Under the pieces are notes generated by a model, which made no database searches, was not told where the DNA came from, and worked only from the letters and a program-made list of their open reading frames with translations. Positions 30,152 through 40,724 of a DNA stretch of 64,000 bases are shown piece by piece. The stretch's first letter is position 1. Every line of letters begins with the position of its first letter. Source of the DNA: an uncultured Gemmatimonadales bacterium. Its GTDB lineage: Bacteria; Gemmatimonadota; Gemmatimonadetes; Longimicrobiales; RSA9. The stretch is from the NCBI GenBank assembly GCA_963708135.1, contig OY970192.1, forward strand, positions 3,296,001-3,360,000, in the 5' to 3' direction. A program made the translations under genes and the position numbers.

Positions 30152-30187
30152 CCCCAGTGCGGGCCCGGGCCCGAGCGCCGAGCCCCC

Positions 30188-31222
30188 TCACGGCATCACC
30201 GTCGCCGCCAGCACCTCGTACGCCAGCATCGCGAACAGCGCGGCGGCGGGAATGGTCAGGATCCACGCCCAGACGATCCGCCCGGCAATGCCCCAGCGCA
30301 CGGCGGAGAGCCGGTTGGTGGCGCCCACGCCCACGATGGCGCCGGAGATGGTGTGGGTGGTGCTCACGGGGATGCCGAACACGGTGGCGAGCAGGATGCT
30401 CAGCGCGCCGCCGGTCTCGGCGCAGAAGCCGCCCACGGGGCGGAGCCTGGTGATGCGCGTGCCCATCGTGTGGATGATGCGCCAGCCGCCGAAGAGCGTG
30501 CCGAGCGAGATGGCGGTGTAGGCCATCACCTCGACCCAGAACGGGATGACGGCCGGATCCGGGTTGTAGAGCCGGGCGAGCGGCCCGGTCTGGTGGGCGA
30601 AGAACGTGCTGCTCGCGGCGAGCAGCCCGGCCACGACGCCCATGGTCTTCTGCGCGTCGTTGGCGCCGTGGGAGAACGAGAACAGCGCGGAGCTGGCCAG
30701 CTGCCCGTGGCGGAAGATGCGGTCCACGCCGCGCGGCGAGAAGCCGCGGAAGGTCCAGAACGTCCCCACCATCAGCGCGAAGCCGAGGACCATCCCGATG
30801 ACCGGCGAGAGCACGATGAAGAGCAGCGTCTTCGTCCAGCCGGCGGGGATGATCGCGCCGAAGCCGGCCTTCACGATGGCGGCGCCCGCGTAGCCGCCGA
30901 TCAGCGCGTGCGAGGAGCTCGACGGCAGGCCGAAGAACCAGGTGATGAGGTTCCAGATGATCGCGCCGATCAGCGCCGCCAGCACCACGCTCGGCGTCAC
31001 GATGCTGACGTCGATCATGCCGGAGCCGACCGTCCTGGCCACGGCGGTGCCGACCGTGAACGCCGCCGCGAAGTTGAACATCGCCGCCCAGCCGACGGCG
31101 GCGAGCGGGGACAGCACGCGCGTGCCGACCACCGTCGCGATCGAGTTGGCGGAGTCGTGGAAGCCGTTGATGAAGTCGAAGACGAACGCGACGGCGACGA
31201 TGACCAGGACGTAGGTGACCAC
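30188..31222 (-). CDS. pit: Inorganic phosphate transporter, PiT family
   Basis: NGFHDSANSIAT, GLPSSSSHA, HGANDAQK, PVSTTH. Confidence 0.93.
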   Translation of the reverse strand: MVTYVLVIVAVAFVFDFINGFHDSANSIATVVGTRVLSPLAAVGWAAMFNFAAAFTVGTAVARTVGSGMIDVSIVTPSVVLAALIGAIIWNLITWFFGLPSSSSHALIGGYAGAAIVKAGFGAIIPAGWTKTLLFIVLSPVIGMVLGFALMVGTFWTFRGFSPRGVDRIFRHGQLASSALFSFSHGANDAQKTMGVVAGLLAASSTFFAHQTGPLARLYNPDPAVIPFWVEVMAYTAISLGTLFGGWRIIHTMGTRITRLRPVGGFCAETGGALSILLATVFGIPVSTTHTISGAIVGVGATNRLSAVRWGIAGRIVWAWILTIPAAALFAMLAYEVLAATVMP

Positions 31223-31225
31223 GGC

Positions 31226-31837
31226 TCAGCTGTGCTTCAGCGCGATGCTCTCGAGCATGTTCGACACGTCCTCGCAGGCGTCGAGCGCGTCCTCCAGCTT
31301 GTCCAGCATCTCCTTCCACTTCATGACCTCGAGCGGGTCCGGCGAGCCCTCGAACAGCGCGGCGACGGCGTCCTGGTAGACCGTGTCGCCCTTCTCCTCC
31401 AGCCGCTTCACGCGACGGTTCTGCTCCACCACGATGCGCGGCTTGCGGATGTCGGCGACCGCCACCCCGATGCAGGCGGCCGCCTCCACCAGGATCTCCG
31501 TGATCTTCCCCGCCGCCGGCTTCGTCTCCGTGATCCGGAACATCGCGGCGCGCCGGGCGGCGCCGTCCAGCAGGTCGATCACGTTGTCCAGCCGCGAGGC
31601 GAGCAGGTGGATGTCCTCCCGGTCCAGCGGCGTGACGAACGTCTTGTTCAGGCGGGTGATGATCTCGTACGTCACCGTGTCCGCCTCGTGCTCGACCTCC
31701 TTGATCCGGGCCACGTGCTCCGCGAGCCGCGCGGGATCCTTGAACAGCTGGTCCAGCAGCGCGGCGGAGGAGGTCAGGCGCGCGGACAGCTCCGCGAACA
31801 TCGCGAAGAAGTGCTCGTCCCTCGGGAGCAGTCGCAT
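31226..31837 (-). CDS. DUF47 / PhoU-like Pit accessory protein
   Basis: EHEAD, TFVTPLDREDI, LEEKGD; directly upstream of pit. Confidence 0.92.
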   Translation of the reverse strand: MRLLPRDEHFFAMFAELSARLTSSAALLDQLFKDPARLAEHVARIKEVEHEADTVTYEIITRLNKTFVTPLDREDIHLLASRLDNVIDLLDGAARRAAMFRITETKPAAGKITEILVEAAACIGVAVADIRKPRIVVEQNRRVKRLEEKGDTVYQDAVAALFEGSPDPLEVMKWKEMLDKLEDALDACEDVSNMLESIALKHS

Positions 31838-31843
31838 GGGCGG

Positions 31844-33502
31844 TTATCGCTCGCTGGAAGTGGACGCCCGCTTGAACTCGGCCCCGGCCCTCCACGTGGG
31901 CATTCCGGGCGCGTCCGCCACGGTGTCCGCGAGCCGCAGCACGAGGCGCGAGAGCTGCACGGCGCCGGACAGGTCGAAGTCCGGGCGGTACTCGTCCGAC
32001 GGCTGGTGATAGCGGTGCGCCGTGTAGTCCTCGTCCTGCTGCTTCCCCCACCCGGCGGGGCGGCCCACGAAGTCGGTGCCCGCGCCGATCGAGACGCTCG
32101 GCACACCGACCTTCGCGCAGGAGAAGTGGTCGGAGCGGTAGAAGTGCCCCTGCTCGGGGTGCTCGTCGGGCGAAATGCGCATCCCCGCGGCGGCCAGCTG
32201 CTTGGCGAGCGTCGCCCCGAGCGAGCTCCTGTCCGCGCCCAGCACGGAGAGGTCATTCACGCGGCCGAGCAGGTTGCCGCCATCGATGTTCACGTCGGCC
32301 ACGAGCCCCGCCACGCCGAAGGGCGAGTGCCGCGCGAGGTACTCGGAGCCCAGCAGCCCCGACTCCTCCGCCGCAACGAACGCGAACAAGAGCGAGCGAC
32401 GCGGCGCCGGAGACGTCGCCGCCGCGCGCGCCATGGCCAGCAGGTCCGCGACGCCCGAGGCGTTGTCCAGCGCGCCGTTGTAGATCGAGTCGCCGTCCAC
32501 GGCGGGGCCGATCCCGAGGTGGTCCCAGTGCGCGCTGAGCACGACGCCCTCGTCGCGCACGCGCCTGTCGCTGCCGCGGACGATGCCGAGCACGTTGCGC
32601 GACTTCATGTGCGCCACGTCGCTCTCGAGGCTCAGCTCCATCGCGATCCCCGTGTCCACGGGCCGGAAGCCGCGCGTGCCGGCCTCGGAGCGCAACCGTG
32701 CCAGGTCGAGCCCCGCCTGCGCCAGCAGCGCCGTGGCCGCGCTGTCCGTGATCCAGCCGCGCACCCCCAGCGGCGGCGGCAGTGCTGGATCGCGCGGCAG
32801 CATCCGCTGCGGCGTGGACCACGAGCCGACCACCGTGTGCCACGGGTAGCCGGCCCGTTCCGTGGTGTGGACGATCAGCATCCCGGCCGCGCCCTGGCGC
32901 TCGGCCTCCTCGAACTTGTAGGTCCAGCGCCCGTAGTACGTCATTGCCCGCCCGCCGAAGAGGTCCGGCTCCGCCGCCGTGGCGGGCGGATCGTTGACCA
33001 GCACCAGCAGCACCTTGCCGGCGAGGTCGGCGCCCTTGAAGTCGTCCCAGCGGTACTCCGGCGCCCGGATCCCGTAGCCGACGAACACCAGCTCGCCCTT
33101 CGCCACGCCGCGCGGCGCCGCGGAGCCGGCCCACACGACCACGTCCTCGGGATCGCGCAGCGTGGCCGTCGCCTTGCCCGAGGCCGCGACCCGGATGCTC
33201 GCCGGCCGCTCCGTCACCACGTCGATCGGCACGTCCTGGAAGTAGCCGCCGTTCTCCCCCGCCGGCCTCACTCCGCAGGCCATGAGCTGGCTCGCGATGT
33301 ACTCGGAGGCGAGGCGGCCGCCGCGCGTGGCGGGCGCGCGGCCCTCCAGCAGGTCGGAGGAGAGGAAGCGCAGGTGGGCATCGATCTCGCGCGCCGAGAT
33401 CGGCGCGGCCGGCGCGGCCGCGGGCGCGCGCTGCGCCGCGAGCGGAGGCGCGGCAGCGGCGAGAGCGGCGGCGGCCAGCATGGCGGAGATGCGTCGTCGC
33501 AT
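31844..33502 (-). CDS. M28 family exported peptidase with PA domain
   Basis: SAHWDHLG, NGALDNASG, AEESGLLGS, RSDHF, YHQPSD. Confidence 0.92.
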   Translation of the reverse strand: MRRRISAMLAAAALAAAAPPLAAQRAPAAAPAAPISAREIDAHLRFLSSDLLEGRAPATRGGRLASEYIASQLMACGVRPAGENGGYFQDVPIDVVTERPASIRVAASGKATATLRDPEDVVVWAGSAAPRGVAKGELVFVGYGIRAPEYRWDDFKGADLAGKVLLVLVNDPPATAAEPDLFGGRAMTYYGRWTYKFEEAERQGAAGMLIVHTTERAGYPWHTVVGSWSTPQRMLPRDPALPPPLGVRGWITDSAATALLAQAGLDLARLRSEAGTRGFRPVDTGIAMELSLESDVAHMKSRNVLGIVRGSDRRVRDEGVVLSAHWDHLGIGPAVDGDSIYNGALDNASGVADLLAMARAAATSPAPRRSLLFAFVAAEESGLLGSEYLARHSPFGVAGLVADVNIDGGNLLGRVNDLSVLGADRSSLGATLAKQLAAAGMRISPDEHPEQGHFYRSDHFSCAKVGVPSVSIGAGTDFVGRPAGWGKQQDEDYTAHRYHQPSDEYRPDFDLSGAVQLSRLVLRLADTVADAPGMPTWRAGAEFKRASTSSER

Positions 33503-33575
33503 GCGGTCATCCTTTGTGTGGGGCGTCCGGCGGATGTTTACCTCGCCCGGCGCCCCGGCGCAAGCAGGCGCCGCC

Positions 33576-33953
33576 TCAGCTGCCGACCGTGACGAGGTTC
33601 GCCTGCATGTCCCACGTCGCGACCTCGCCCTCCCCGAGCGTGAACGGGTTCGAGTCGATGTCCGTGCCCGCGGTGGTCCGCGCCACCAGCCGATAGCGGC
33701 CGGTCGCGAGCGCGGGGTCGAAGGAGAAGCGCGCGGTCCCCGACGGCCCCACGCTGCCGAGCAGCGTGCCGACGCCGTTCTCCGGCACCACGCGCACGCT
33801 CACGGAGGTCGGCGGCGTCAGGTTGTTCCGCACGTCGACGGTCACGCTGCCCGCCGACGCGGCCCCGGCGCCGCCCCGGGCTGAGGCGCACGCGCCTGCC
33901 GCCAGGGTGAGCAGCAACCCGGCCGCCGCGCGCAGCAGTCGTCCCGATCTCAC
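33576..33953 (-). CDS. Small hypothetical lipoprotein
   Basis: GTG after a GGGAG RBS; lipobox AGAC; beta-rich mature region. Confidence 0.7.
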   Translation of the reverse strand: MRSGRLLRAAAGLLLTLAAGACASARGGAGAASAGSVTVDVRNNLTPPTSVSVRVVPENGVGTLLGSVGPSGTARFSFDPALATGRYRLVARTTAGTDIDSNPFTLGEGEVATWDMQANLVTVGS

Positions 33954-34040
33954 GATGTCTCCCTTCCCTGAACGATCCGACCGCGCCGGCGCCTGCCCGC
34001 GGCAGCCCGCGGTCGGCCTCGCGCCCCCACCGGCCATGGC

Positions 34041-34055
34041 GCACCATGCGTGCCG
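34041..34055 (-). promoter_or_regulatory. Candidate sigma-54 promoter
   Basis: Minus strand CGGCACGCATGGTGC (GG-N10-GC), about 90 nt upstream of the lipoprotein gene. Confidence 0.45.
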
Positions 34056-34231
34056 CGACCCCGGGCCGCAGCGCTGCGCCACCGGCCCGGCCGCATGGAC
34101 CTTTTCCGAAGCGCGGGAATGACATAGCTTGTTCGATGGTGGCCGGCCGCCGCGCCGTGCGAGGAAGCCGGCGGCCGCCCCGAATCCACGGCCGCCGACC
34201 CGCGATCCCCCAGGTGGCCCACTCAACGTAG

Positions 34232-35380
34232 GTGAGTGCCATGTCCGCTGATGGATCCCTGCGCGGCCGCGCCTTGCGTGGCTCGTCGGCGCTCGCGCTC
34301 GTGTATGCGCTCGCCACGGGCGCGTGCGCGGCCGGGAACGGCCCCGTCGTCTTCGGCGTCGCCGGCCCCTTCCAGACCGATTACGGCGCCTCGATGAAGC
34401 AGGGCGCGGAGCTGGCCGCCAACGAGCTGAACGCCGCCGGCGGGATCGGCGGCCGGCAGCTCGAGCTGCGCGAGAAGGACGACCAGGCCAACCCCGAGCA
34501 GGCCATCCAGGTCGCGTCCGACTTCCTGGCCGACCCGCAGGTCGTGGCCGTGGTCGGCCACGTGAACTCGAGCACCACGACGGCCGCCGGCGCCGTGTAC
34601 GCCGGCGGGCTGCCGGCCGTGGCCACGAGCGCGACCAGCCCGGTGATCTCCACGCTCGGGCCCTGGATCTTCCGCGTCGCCTCGAGCGACTCCTCCAACG
34701 CCGTGGCGCTCGCCGCCTACGCCACCCGCGTCAGCGGCGGCCGCACCGCCGTGCTCTACGAGAACGACGACTACGGCCGCGGCCTGGCCGGCGCCTTCGC
34801 GGCGGCGTTCCGCGCCCACGGCGGCGCGGTGCTCGAGCTCGATCCCTACCTCGAGACCACCGAGGACCTGACGCCGTACCTCGAGCGGCTGCACCGCGAG
34901 GGCCTGCCGCTCGTCTTCATCGCCGGCCTCCAGGACGGCGCCGCGCGCATCATCGAGCAGGCGCGCAAGGTGGGGCTCGAGGCGCGCTTCATCGGGGGCG
35001 ACGGCCTCGAGGGCCTCAAGACCATGGGCTCCGCGTTCGACGGCACCATGGTCGGGCTGCTCTATCATCCACAGGAATCCACCGAGGCGACGAAGTTCGC
35101 CGCCGCCTTCCAGGCGGCCTACGGCCGGCCTCCGGATTCCTTCGCGGCGCTCGGCTACGATGCGGTCCGCCTGCTCGCGCGCGCCGCCGCGGCCGCGGGG
35201 CCCGACCGCAAGGCGATCCGTGACTACCTGGCCGCCGTCGGCCGGCCCGGCGGCTCGCCGCCATACCTCGGCGCGGCCGGTGTCATCCGCTTCGACCAGA
35301 ACGGCGACCCGCAGGGGAAGCAGTTCGCGATCGGCGTGATCCGGGGCGGTGCCATGCAGCTCGCGGAGGGGGCACAATGA
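34232..35380 (+). CDS. LivJ/LivK-like (branched-chain amino acid type) substrate-binding lipoprotein
   Basis: Lipobox [37 protein letters not shown]. The start may be ATG 34241. Confidence 0.9.
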   Translation: MSAMSADGSLRGRALRGSSALALVYALATGACAAGNGPVVFGVAGPFQTDYGASMKQGAELAANELNAAGGIGGRQLELREKDDQANPEQAIQVASDFLADPQVVAVVGHVNSSTTTAAGAVYAGGLPAVATSATSPVISTLGPWIFRVASSDSSNAVALAAYATRVSGGRTAVLYENDDYGRGLAGAFAAAFRAHGGAVLELDPYLETTEDLTPYLERLHREGLPLVFIAGLQDGAARIIEQARKVGLEARFIGGDGLEGLKTMGSAFDGTMVGLLYHPQESTEATKFAAAFQAAYGRPPDSFAALGYDAVRLLARAAAAAGPDRKAIRDYLAAVGRPGGSPPYLGAAGVIRFDQNGDPQGKQFAIGVIRGGAMQLAEGAQ

Positions 35381-37101
35381 GCGCGCCCGAGCGAAGCAGG
35401 CGGATGCCGTTGTTCCTGGCAACGATCAAGGGCCGGTTGATCGCCGGCGCGGGCCTGCTCCTCGGCCTCCTCGCCACCGCGACGCTGATCGGGTACGTGA
35501 CGGTCGGGCAGCTCGTGCGCGAGCTGGACGCGAGCCTCGCGAGCCTCCAGCAGAGCAGCAGCATCGGCAGCGAGTTCGAGGCGCTGATCCTCGACCAGAT
35601 CGACGCCGCCGAGGGCTACCTCACGCGCCAGGACAGCGTGGCCGAGCGTGGCTTCAGCTCCTCCGGCCTGCGCGCCCAGGACATGCGCCGCCGCTACAAG
35701 GCCCTGCCCGGGCTCACCCCCAGCGAGCTGGCGCAGATCGAGTCCGTCGAGGACCTGCACTCGAAGATGGAGGTCGACTACGCGCTCGCCATGGCGCAGC
35801 TCGACAACGGCCACAGGGGCGCGGCCAACGCCATGGCCGTGACCGCCCGCGAGGAGGCCCAGCACGTCCGCCACGCCATTCTCGGCATCACACGCGGCCA
35901 GTCCGTCAAGGTTGCCACCGCCGCCGGGGCCCTGACCACCCGCGCCCACCACCGGCAGGCCGTGCTCGTCGGCATGCTGCTCGTGGCGCTGCTCACCGCC
36001 GCGCTCGTCATGTGGCTCACCATCCGCGGCATCGACGCCCCCCTCGCCGTCCTGCTGGACGGCGCCACCCGGCTCGGCCGCGGCGACCTGCGCATGCGCA
36101 TCGAGGGCCCCATGCCCGCCGAGCTCGGCTCCCTCGCCCACGCCTTCAACCTCACCGCCGAGCAGCTCCGCACCATTGTCAGCGAGACGATCGGCACCGC
36201 CGACCACATCGCCCGCTCCGCCTCCGACGTCTCCAGCATCAGTGAGCAGGTCTCCGCCTCCAGCCAGGAGGTCGCCGCCGCCATGCTCGAGATCACCCAC
36301 GGCGCCGAGGTGCAGTCGCAGGAGCTGCGCAGCACCCGCGAGGCCCTCGAGCAGATGACCATCGGCGCGGGCGAGATCGATCGCGCCGCCGGCAGCGTCG
36401 AGGCGCTCGGGGTCGAGATCCACGCCGTCGCCTCGCGCAGCCGTGAGCGCGTCTCCTCCGCCCTCGGCCTGCTCCTCGACCTGCGCCAGGTCGTCGAGAG
36501 CTCCGCCGGCGAGGTCGGCGAGCTGGAGCGCGCATCGGGACAGATCGACGAGTTCGTCGAGACCATCTCCGCCATCGCCGGCCAGACCAACCTGCTCGCC
36601 TTGAACGCCGCCATCGAGGCCGCCCGTGCCGGCGAGCACGGCCGCGGCTTCGCCGTCGTCGCCGCCGAGGTGCAGAAGCTCGCCGACGAGTCCGCCCGCG
36701 CCGCCCGCCAGGTCGCCCAGAACGTCCGCACCATCCGCTCCCGCATCGAGAGCGTCGTCGCCACCATGGGCCAGGGCACCCAGAAGGTGGCCGGCGTCGA
36801 GCAGGTCTCCCGCGACGCCGACACCGCCCTCGAGCAGATCATGACCGCCGTCGAGGGCGTGCGCGAGGCCGCCGCCCGCGTGGCCGCCGCCGCCGAGCGC
36901 AACCGGACCGGCATTGACGGCATCCAGACCGCCGTCGGCGCCGTGGCCGGCACCGCCGAGTCCCACGCCGCCAGCGCCGAGGAGGTCTCCGCCGCCGCCG
37001 AGGAGCAGTCCGCCTCCACCGAGGTGCTCTCCGCCGCCACGTCCCAGCTGCAGGCCGCCGCCGACCAGCTCAAGCAGCTCGTCGAGGGCTTCGAGACCTG
37101 A
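35377..37101 (+). CDS. Methyl-accepting chemotaxis protein
   Basis: Two TM helices, HAMP domain, [27 protein letters not shown]. Confidence 0.95.
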   Translation: MSAPERSRRMPLFLATIKGRLIAGAGLLLGLLATATLIGYVTVGQLVRELDASLASLQQSSSIGSEFEALILDQIDAAEGYLTRQDSVAERGFSSSGLRAQDMRRRYKALPGLTPSELAQIESVEDLHSKMEVDYALAMAQLDNGHRGAANAMAVTAREEAQHVRHAILGITRGQSVKVATAAGALTTRAHHRQAVLVGMLLVALLTAALVMWLTIRGIDAPLAVLLDGATRLGRGDLRMRIEGPMPAELGSLAHAFNLTAEQLRTIVSETIGTADHIARSASDVSSISEQVSASSQEVAAAMLEITHGAEVQSQELRSTREALEQMTIGAGEIDRAAGSVEALGVEIHAVASRSRERVSSALGLLLDLRQVVESSAGEVGELERASGQIDEFVETISAIAGQTNLLALNAAIEAARAGEHGRGFAVVAAEVQKLADESARAARQVAQNVRTIRSRIESVVATMGQGTQKVAGVEQVSRDADTALEQIMTAVEGVREAAARVAAAAERNRTGIDGIQTAVGAVAGTAESHAASAEEVSAAAEEQSASTEVLSAATSQLQAAADQLKQLVEGFET

Positions 37102-37188
37102 CAACTGCGACTGCGGGTAGCAAGGCACTCAGCCGCTCCAGGGCGGAACGCCTCGTGAGTCCCTCCTTCGCGATGGTGGGCGGCCGCG

Positions 37189-37453
37189 GTGAACTCCCCA
37201 CGCGCACCCCGGCGCGAAGACGGTTGGGGAGTTGACCGCGCTATTCGTTGTCAACTCCCCAGGCGCCGCAGGTCCATGGGAACGATTGGGGACTTTGCCG
37301 CGCTATTCGTTGTCAACTCCCCAACCGTCGATTCCACCACCAATGCGTGGGGACTTTCCTGCCTCACGGGCCCGATGCGTCGGCGCGCACGGCGGACCCC
37401 CCATGCTGGCGGGGATTTTCCTGCCCGCGCGGGCCCGATGCGCCGGCGCGCAC
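37189..37453. repeat. Palindromic ~62-bp-period element, copy 1
   Basis: TGGGGAGTTGACCGCGCTATTCGTTGTCAACTCCCCA at 37225-37261, a variant at 37287-37323, and half-copies either side; homologous to the reverse complement of 47630-47807. Confidence 0.85.
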
Positions 37454-37468
37454 CCCGCAAGTCCGCTC

Positions 37469-37484
37469 CGGCGTGGAAGTTGCT
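37469..37484 (+). promoter_or_regulatory. Candidate sigma-54 promoter (weak -24 element)
   Basis: CGGCGTGGAAGTTGCT (GG-N10-GC), about 60 nt upstream of ATG 37543. Confidence 0.35.
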
Positions 37485-37542
37485 CCGCGATCCGTGCCCG
37501 GGGAGCGTGCGCTCCCCGAAAGGGACGCACACGGGAGGGACG

Positions 37543-38310
37543 ATGAGGCTACGGTACCGCAGCGCCGTCACGGCGCTTTTCGTTTTTCTGCCCGCGCTGG
37601 CCGGGAGCGCGGTCGCGCAGGGGCGCGGCCACAGGTTCGAGGAGTCGGAGCGCCCGGCGCCGCTGCGCCGGGTGTCGGTCGGCGTCATGGGGGGGATGTT
37701 CACCTTCGGCCGCTTCCTCGAGCAGCACGTCACCGGCGGGGACCGCGAGCTCAAGGCCGGCGCGTCGCCCGGATTCGCCGGCAGCCTCGACCTGAACGTG
37801 GGCAAGCAGACCGCGGTGCGCGCGTCGTTCCTCTATGCGCCCGCGACGCTCGAGTTCCGCGATGACACCGGCACCGGCTCGACGCGGCTCGACCGGAACA
37901 ACCTGGCCGATCTGCACGCGGCGGTGGTGAGCGGGGACGTGCTGCAGTTCGTGGTGGACCAGCGGCGCCCGATCGCGCCCTACGCGGTGGCCGGCTTCGC
38001 CGCCGGGTTCTGGTCGCTCAACAACGCCGCGGACGAGATCGCCGGCGGGGCGTCCGGCAGCCGCGAGACGCGCTTCGGCTCCGTCGTCGGTGTGGGGGTC
38101 CAGCTCCGGGCCACCCCCGGCCTCGCCCTCCGCCTGGAGGCGACGTCGGACCGGCTGGGCAACCCCTTCGACGGCAACGACTCCTTCCGCGTCACGTCCG
38201 GCGATACCTTCGACGAGCCGTCCAAGAGCGACGTCAACCGCATCTCGCTCGCGCTCGTCTTCTCGCCCGCGCTGCACCACGGCCGGAGCCGCGCCCGCCG
38301 GCCCTACTAG
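37543..38310 (+). CDS. Outer membrane beta-barrel domain protein
   Basis: GGGAGG RBS, signal peptide, amphipathic strands (APYAVAGFAAG, VGVGVQLR, LRLE). Confidence 0.75.
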   Translation: MRLRYRSAVTALFVFLPALAGSAVAQGRGHRFEESERPAPLRRVSVGVMGGMFTFGRFLEQHVTGGDRELKAGASPGFAGSLDLNVGKQTAVRASFLYAPATLEFRDDTGTGSTRLDRNNLADLHAAVVSGDVLQFVVDQRRPIAPYAVAGFAAGFWSLNNAADEIAGGASGSRETRFGSVVGVGVQLRATPGLALRLEATSDRLGNPFDGNDSFRVTSGDTFDEPSKSDVNRISLALVFSPALHHGRSRARRPY

Positions 38311-38484
38311 CGGACCGCGTCCCTGGTGCGGTGAGCACCGGCGAATGCCATCGCTACTTCGGAGACGGTCGGCTGGCGTCGTGACACCGAAGCGCCGTTC
38401 CCACGGCGCGTCCGGATGACGAGGCTGGCGGCGCGAGGAAGCGGCCCGGCGCCCCGCAGGGCGCCGCGCGGTCGCCGCGTCGCC

Positions 38485-38691
38485 TCAGCGCAGCGCTATG
38501 CTGCCGTCGACGCGGATCTCCGGCGCGAGCCCGTCGAGCTCCAGCCGCGCGTGCACGCCCAGCGTCTCTCCGCCCTCGAGCGTGCCGGCCTCCAGCGCCT
38601 CGCGGACCGCCCGCTCGATCTCGCGCTGCGCCGTGATGCCGAACTTCTTCAGAAAGCGCCGCAGCTCCAGGTTGAAGACTTCCTCGTCCAT
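38485..38691 (-). CDS. Small conserved protein (DUF6494-like)
   Basis: MDEEVFNLELRRFLKKFGITAQREIERAV; GGGAGG RBS. Confidence 0.75.
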   Translation of the reverse strand: MDEEVFNLELRRFLKKFGITAQREIERAVREALEAGTLEGGETLGVHARLELDGLAPEIRVDGSIALR

Positions 38692-38706
38692 GGGGACCTC
38701 CCTTTT

Positions 38707-38900
38707 CGGGGCTCGAGGCCGGGGCTCGAGGCCGGGGCTCGGGGGCCAGGGCGCGGGGCTCGGGGCTCGGGGCTCGGCCGGCCCGGAGCGGCCGGCGGCA
38801 CGCGCGTCCGCCATGGAGCGCATGCGCCTGGCGCCGACCCGCCTCCGTGGTTCCGAGCTCCGAGCCACGCAGCCCGCACCCCGAGCCCCGCATCCCGAGC
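38707..38900. repeat. Intergenic element with inverted (GGGGCTC)n / (GAGCCCC)n arms
   Basis: Left arm at about 38707-38775 and degenerate right arm at about 38852-38900. The same heptamer occurs at about 1699-1737 and 48453-48506. Confidence 0.65.
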
Positions 38901-38902
38901 CG

Positions 38903-40549
38903 CTATCTCGTCCCTGTCTCCGCCGCGACCGGCAGTCCGTATGCCGCCACGGCGATCTCGCCCAGCGTCTGGCCGGCCATCTTCGTGATCGCGTCCAGCG
39001 CGTCCAGCGTGACCGGCATCCGGTTCAGGTAGAACGCGAAGGCCAGGTGGCGGCCGTTCGCCGTGGTCATGTAGCCCGCAAGCCCCTTGGCCGTCAACAT
39101 CGGCCGCTTGTTCAGCTTGTCCCAGGCGCTGAACGTGCCCGTCTTGGCGTGCACCTGCCCGACCGCGCTCGACTCCGTCTGGATGTTCCACAGCGTGCCG
39201 TCCCGCCCGAGCACCGGCAGCGCCGCGTGGAACGCGGGGAAGAGGTCCGGCTGCTTCGCCATGTAGGCCAGGTAGTGCACCATGAAGTCCGGTGCGAAGA
39301 ACGCCGACTGCGCGCCGCCCGCGCCGTCGCCCTGCGAGGCGCCCGTCAGGTCGAGCCCGGCGCTCGTCAGGAACTCCCGCTCCACGTCGAAGCCCGCCTG
39401 CTCCGCATCCTTGTGCTCCCCCTTCACCACCGCGCCCAGGATGTAGGGCATCGTGCTCGCGTGCAGGTTCTGGCTCACCTTGAGCGTGACCTTCACCTCC
39501 TCCGACAGCGGCGGCGAGACGTGCTCCGCGACGACGTTCCCCGCCGTGTACGAGCGCGACAGCGCCGCCGCGTCCACCGGCGCCGAAGCCACCCGCGGCG
39601 CCGCCTCGATACCCGCATCCCGCAGCGCCTCCGCGAACGTGACCTCCGCGTAGCGGCTCGGCTGCGGCACGGCGTAGCTGAACAGCCACGCGTGCTCCCC
39701 CGCCGGGAAGTGCCCCGTCACCGTCACCACCCGGCTGCCGTCCGGCTGCACCTCATCCTTCGACCACCGGATCTCGGGCCGCGTGCCCGCCGCCGCCGTC
39801 GTCGCCTCGTTCACGAACCGCACGTACGCCGTCTTCGGCGACGCCGACAGCGTCACCGGAGCTCCCTCCGAGCCGCCCGGTCCGATCGTCACGTCCACCA
39901 GGTTGTCGTTCACCGCCACCGGCGAGATCACCACCCCGCTGCCCAGCTCCCGCGCCCCCTCGGGGAACAGGCTGACGTCCACCACCACGTGCCCCGCCAC
40001 CTTCCTGATCCCCGCCGACCGCAGCTGCCCCGCCAGCTCCCGCAGCACCGCGAGCGGATCGCCCGGCACCGCCTTCGTGTCCGGGCTGCCGTCGTACGCG
40101 TGGTCCTCGTTCTCGAACGCCAGCGTGCCGTCCGGCTGGATCCGGTTCGACAGGTCCGGGTCCCCGCTCGCCACCAGCACCACGTCCCCCTTCACCACCC
40201 CGCCCGATACCGGGCCCGTCCGGTACACCTTCGTGTGGAACCGGTAGTCCGGCCCCAGCACCTTCAGCGCCGTCCCCATCGTCAGCAGCTTCGTCGTCGA
40301 TGCGGGCGTCATGAGCATCGGCCCGTTCAACGAGAAAACCGCCCGCCCGGCGTCCAGGTCGTACAGCTCGACCCCGAACAGCGAGTGCACGAACTCCGGC
40401 CGCGACGTGATCTCCCGCAGCCTCGCCTCGAACGTGGACTGTGCCGCCGCACGCAGCGGCGCGAGCGTGCCCACGACGAGCAGCAGCGCGACGAACGTGT
40501 GGACGCGTGGCCGTCCGGCCGCAGTTGTGGCACGATGGCGCAGTGGCAT
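38903..40549 (-). CDS. dacB: D-Ala-D-Ala carboxypeptidase/endopeptidase (PBP4, S13)
   Basis: PASTTKL (SxxK), SGDPDL, KVSQN (SxN), AKTGT. Confidence 0.92.
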   Translation of the reverse strand: MPLRHRATTAAGRPRVHTFVALLLVVGTLAPLRAAAQSTFEARLREITSRPEFVHSLFGVELYDLDAGRAVFSLNGPMLMTPASTTKLLTMGTALKVLGPDYRFHTKVYRTGPVSGGVVKGDVVLVASGDPDLSNRIQPDGTLAFENEDHAYDGSPDTKAVPGDPLAVLRELAGQLRSAGIRKVAGHVVVDVSLFPEGARELGSGVVISPVAVNDNLVDVTIGPGGSEGAPVTLSASPKTAYVRFVNEATTAAAGTRPEIRWSKDEVQPDGSRVVTVTGHFPAGEHAWLFSYAVPQPSRYAEVTFAEALRDAGIEAAPRVASAPVDAAALSRSYTAGNVVAEHVSPPLSEEVKVTLKVSQNLHASTMPYILGAVVKGEHKDAEQAGFDVEREFLTSAGLDLTGASQGDGAGGAQSAFFAPDFMVHYLAYMAKQPDLFPAFHAALPVLGRDGTLWNIQTESSAVGQVHAKTGTFSAWDKLNKRPMLTAKGLAGYMTTANGRHLAFAFYLNRMPVTLDALDAITKMAGQTLGEIAVAAYGLPVAAETGTR

Positions 40550-40724
40550 GGCGTCGACCCTCGGTGTACGTGTACGGGATTGTATACGACACAAGCTACC
40601 ACGCCGCAGTGCGCGCCGCGAGGGGATGGGCGCCGCACCCCGCGCCCGGTTGCCCGCACCCCTCGACCGGCCCTAAGATGAGCGCTGCCGGTCCCATCGC
40701 ATCACCCGGTGCCCCCCGGAGCCC

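Noticed and set aside
30353..33592. 1079-aa plus-strand ORF and other very long shadow ORFs (5023-7986, 11399-14173, 44192-47314, 47220-50621)
   Set aside because: They are antisense or off-frame shadows of well-supported genes, caused by GC3 bias.
37189..37360. Possible canonical mini-CRISPR with a 37-nt repeat
   Set aside because: There are only two full repeats, the linkers are 24-25 nt and position-wise homologous between the two loci, and no cas genes are present. It is kept as an unexplained repeat element.
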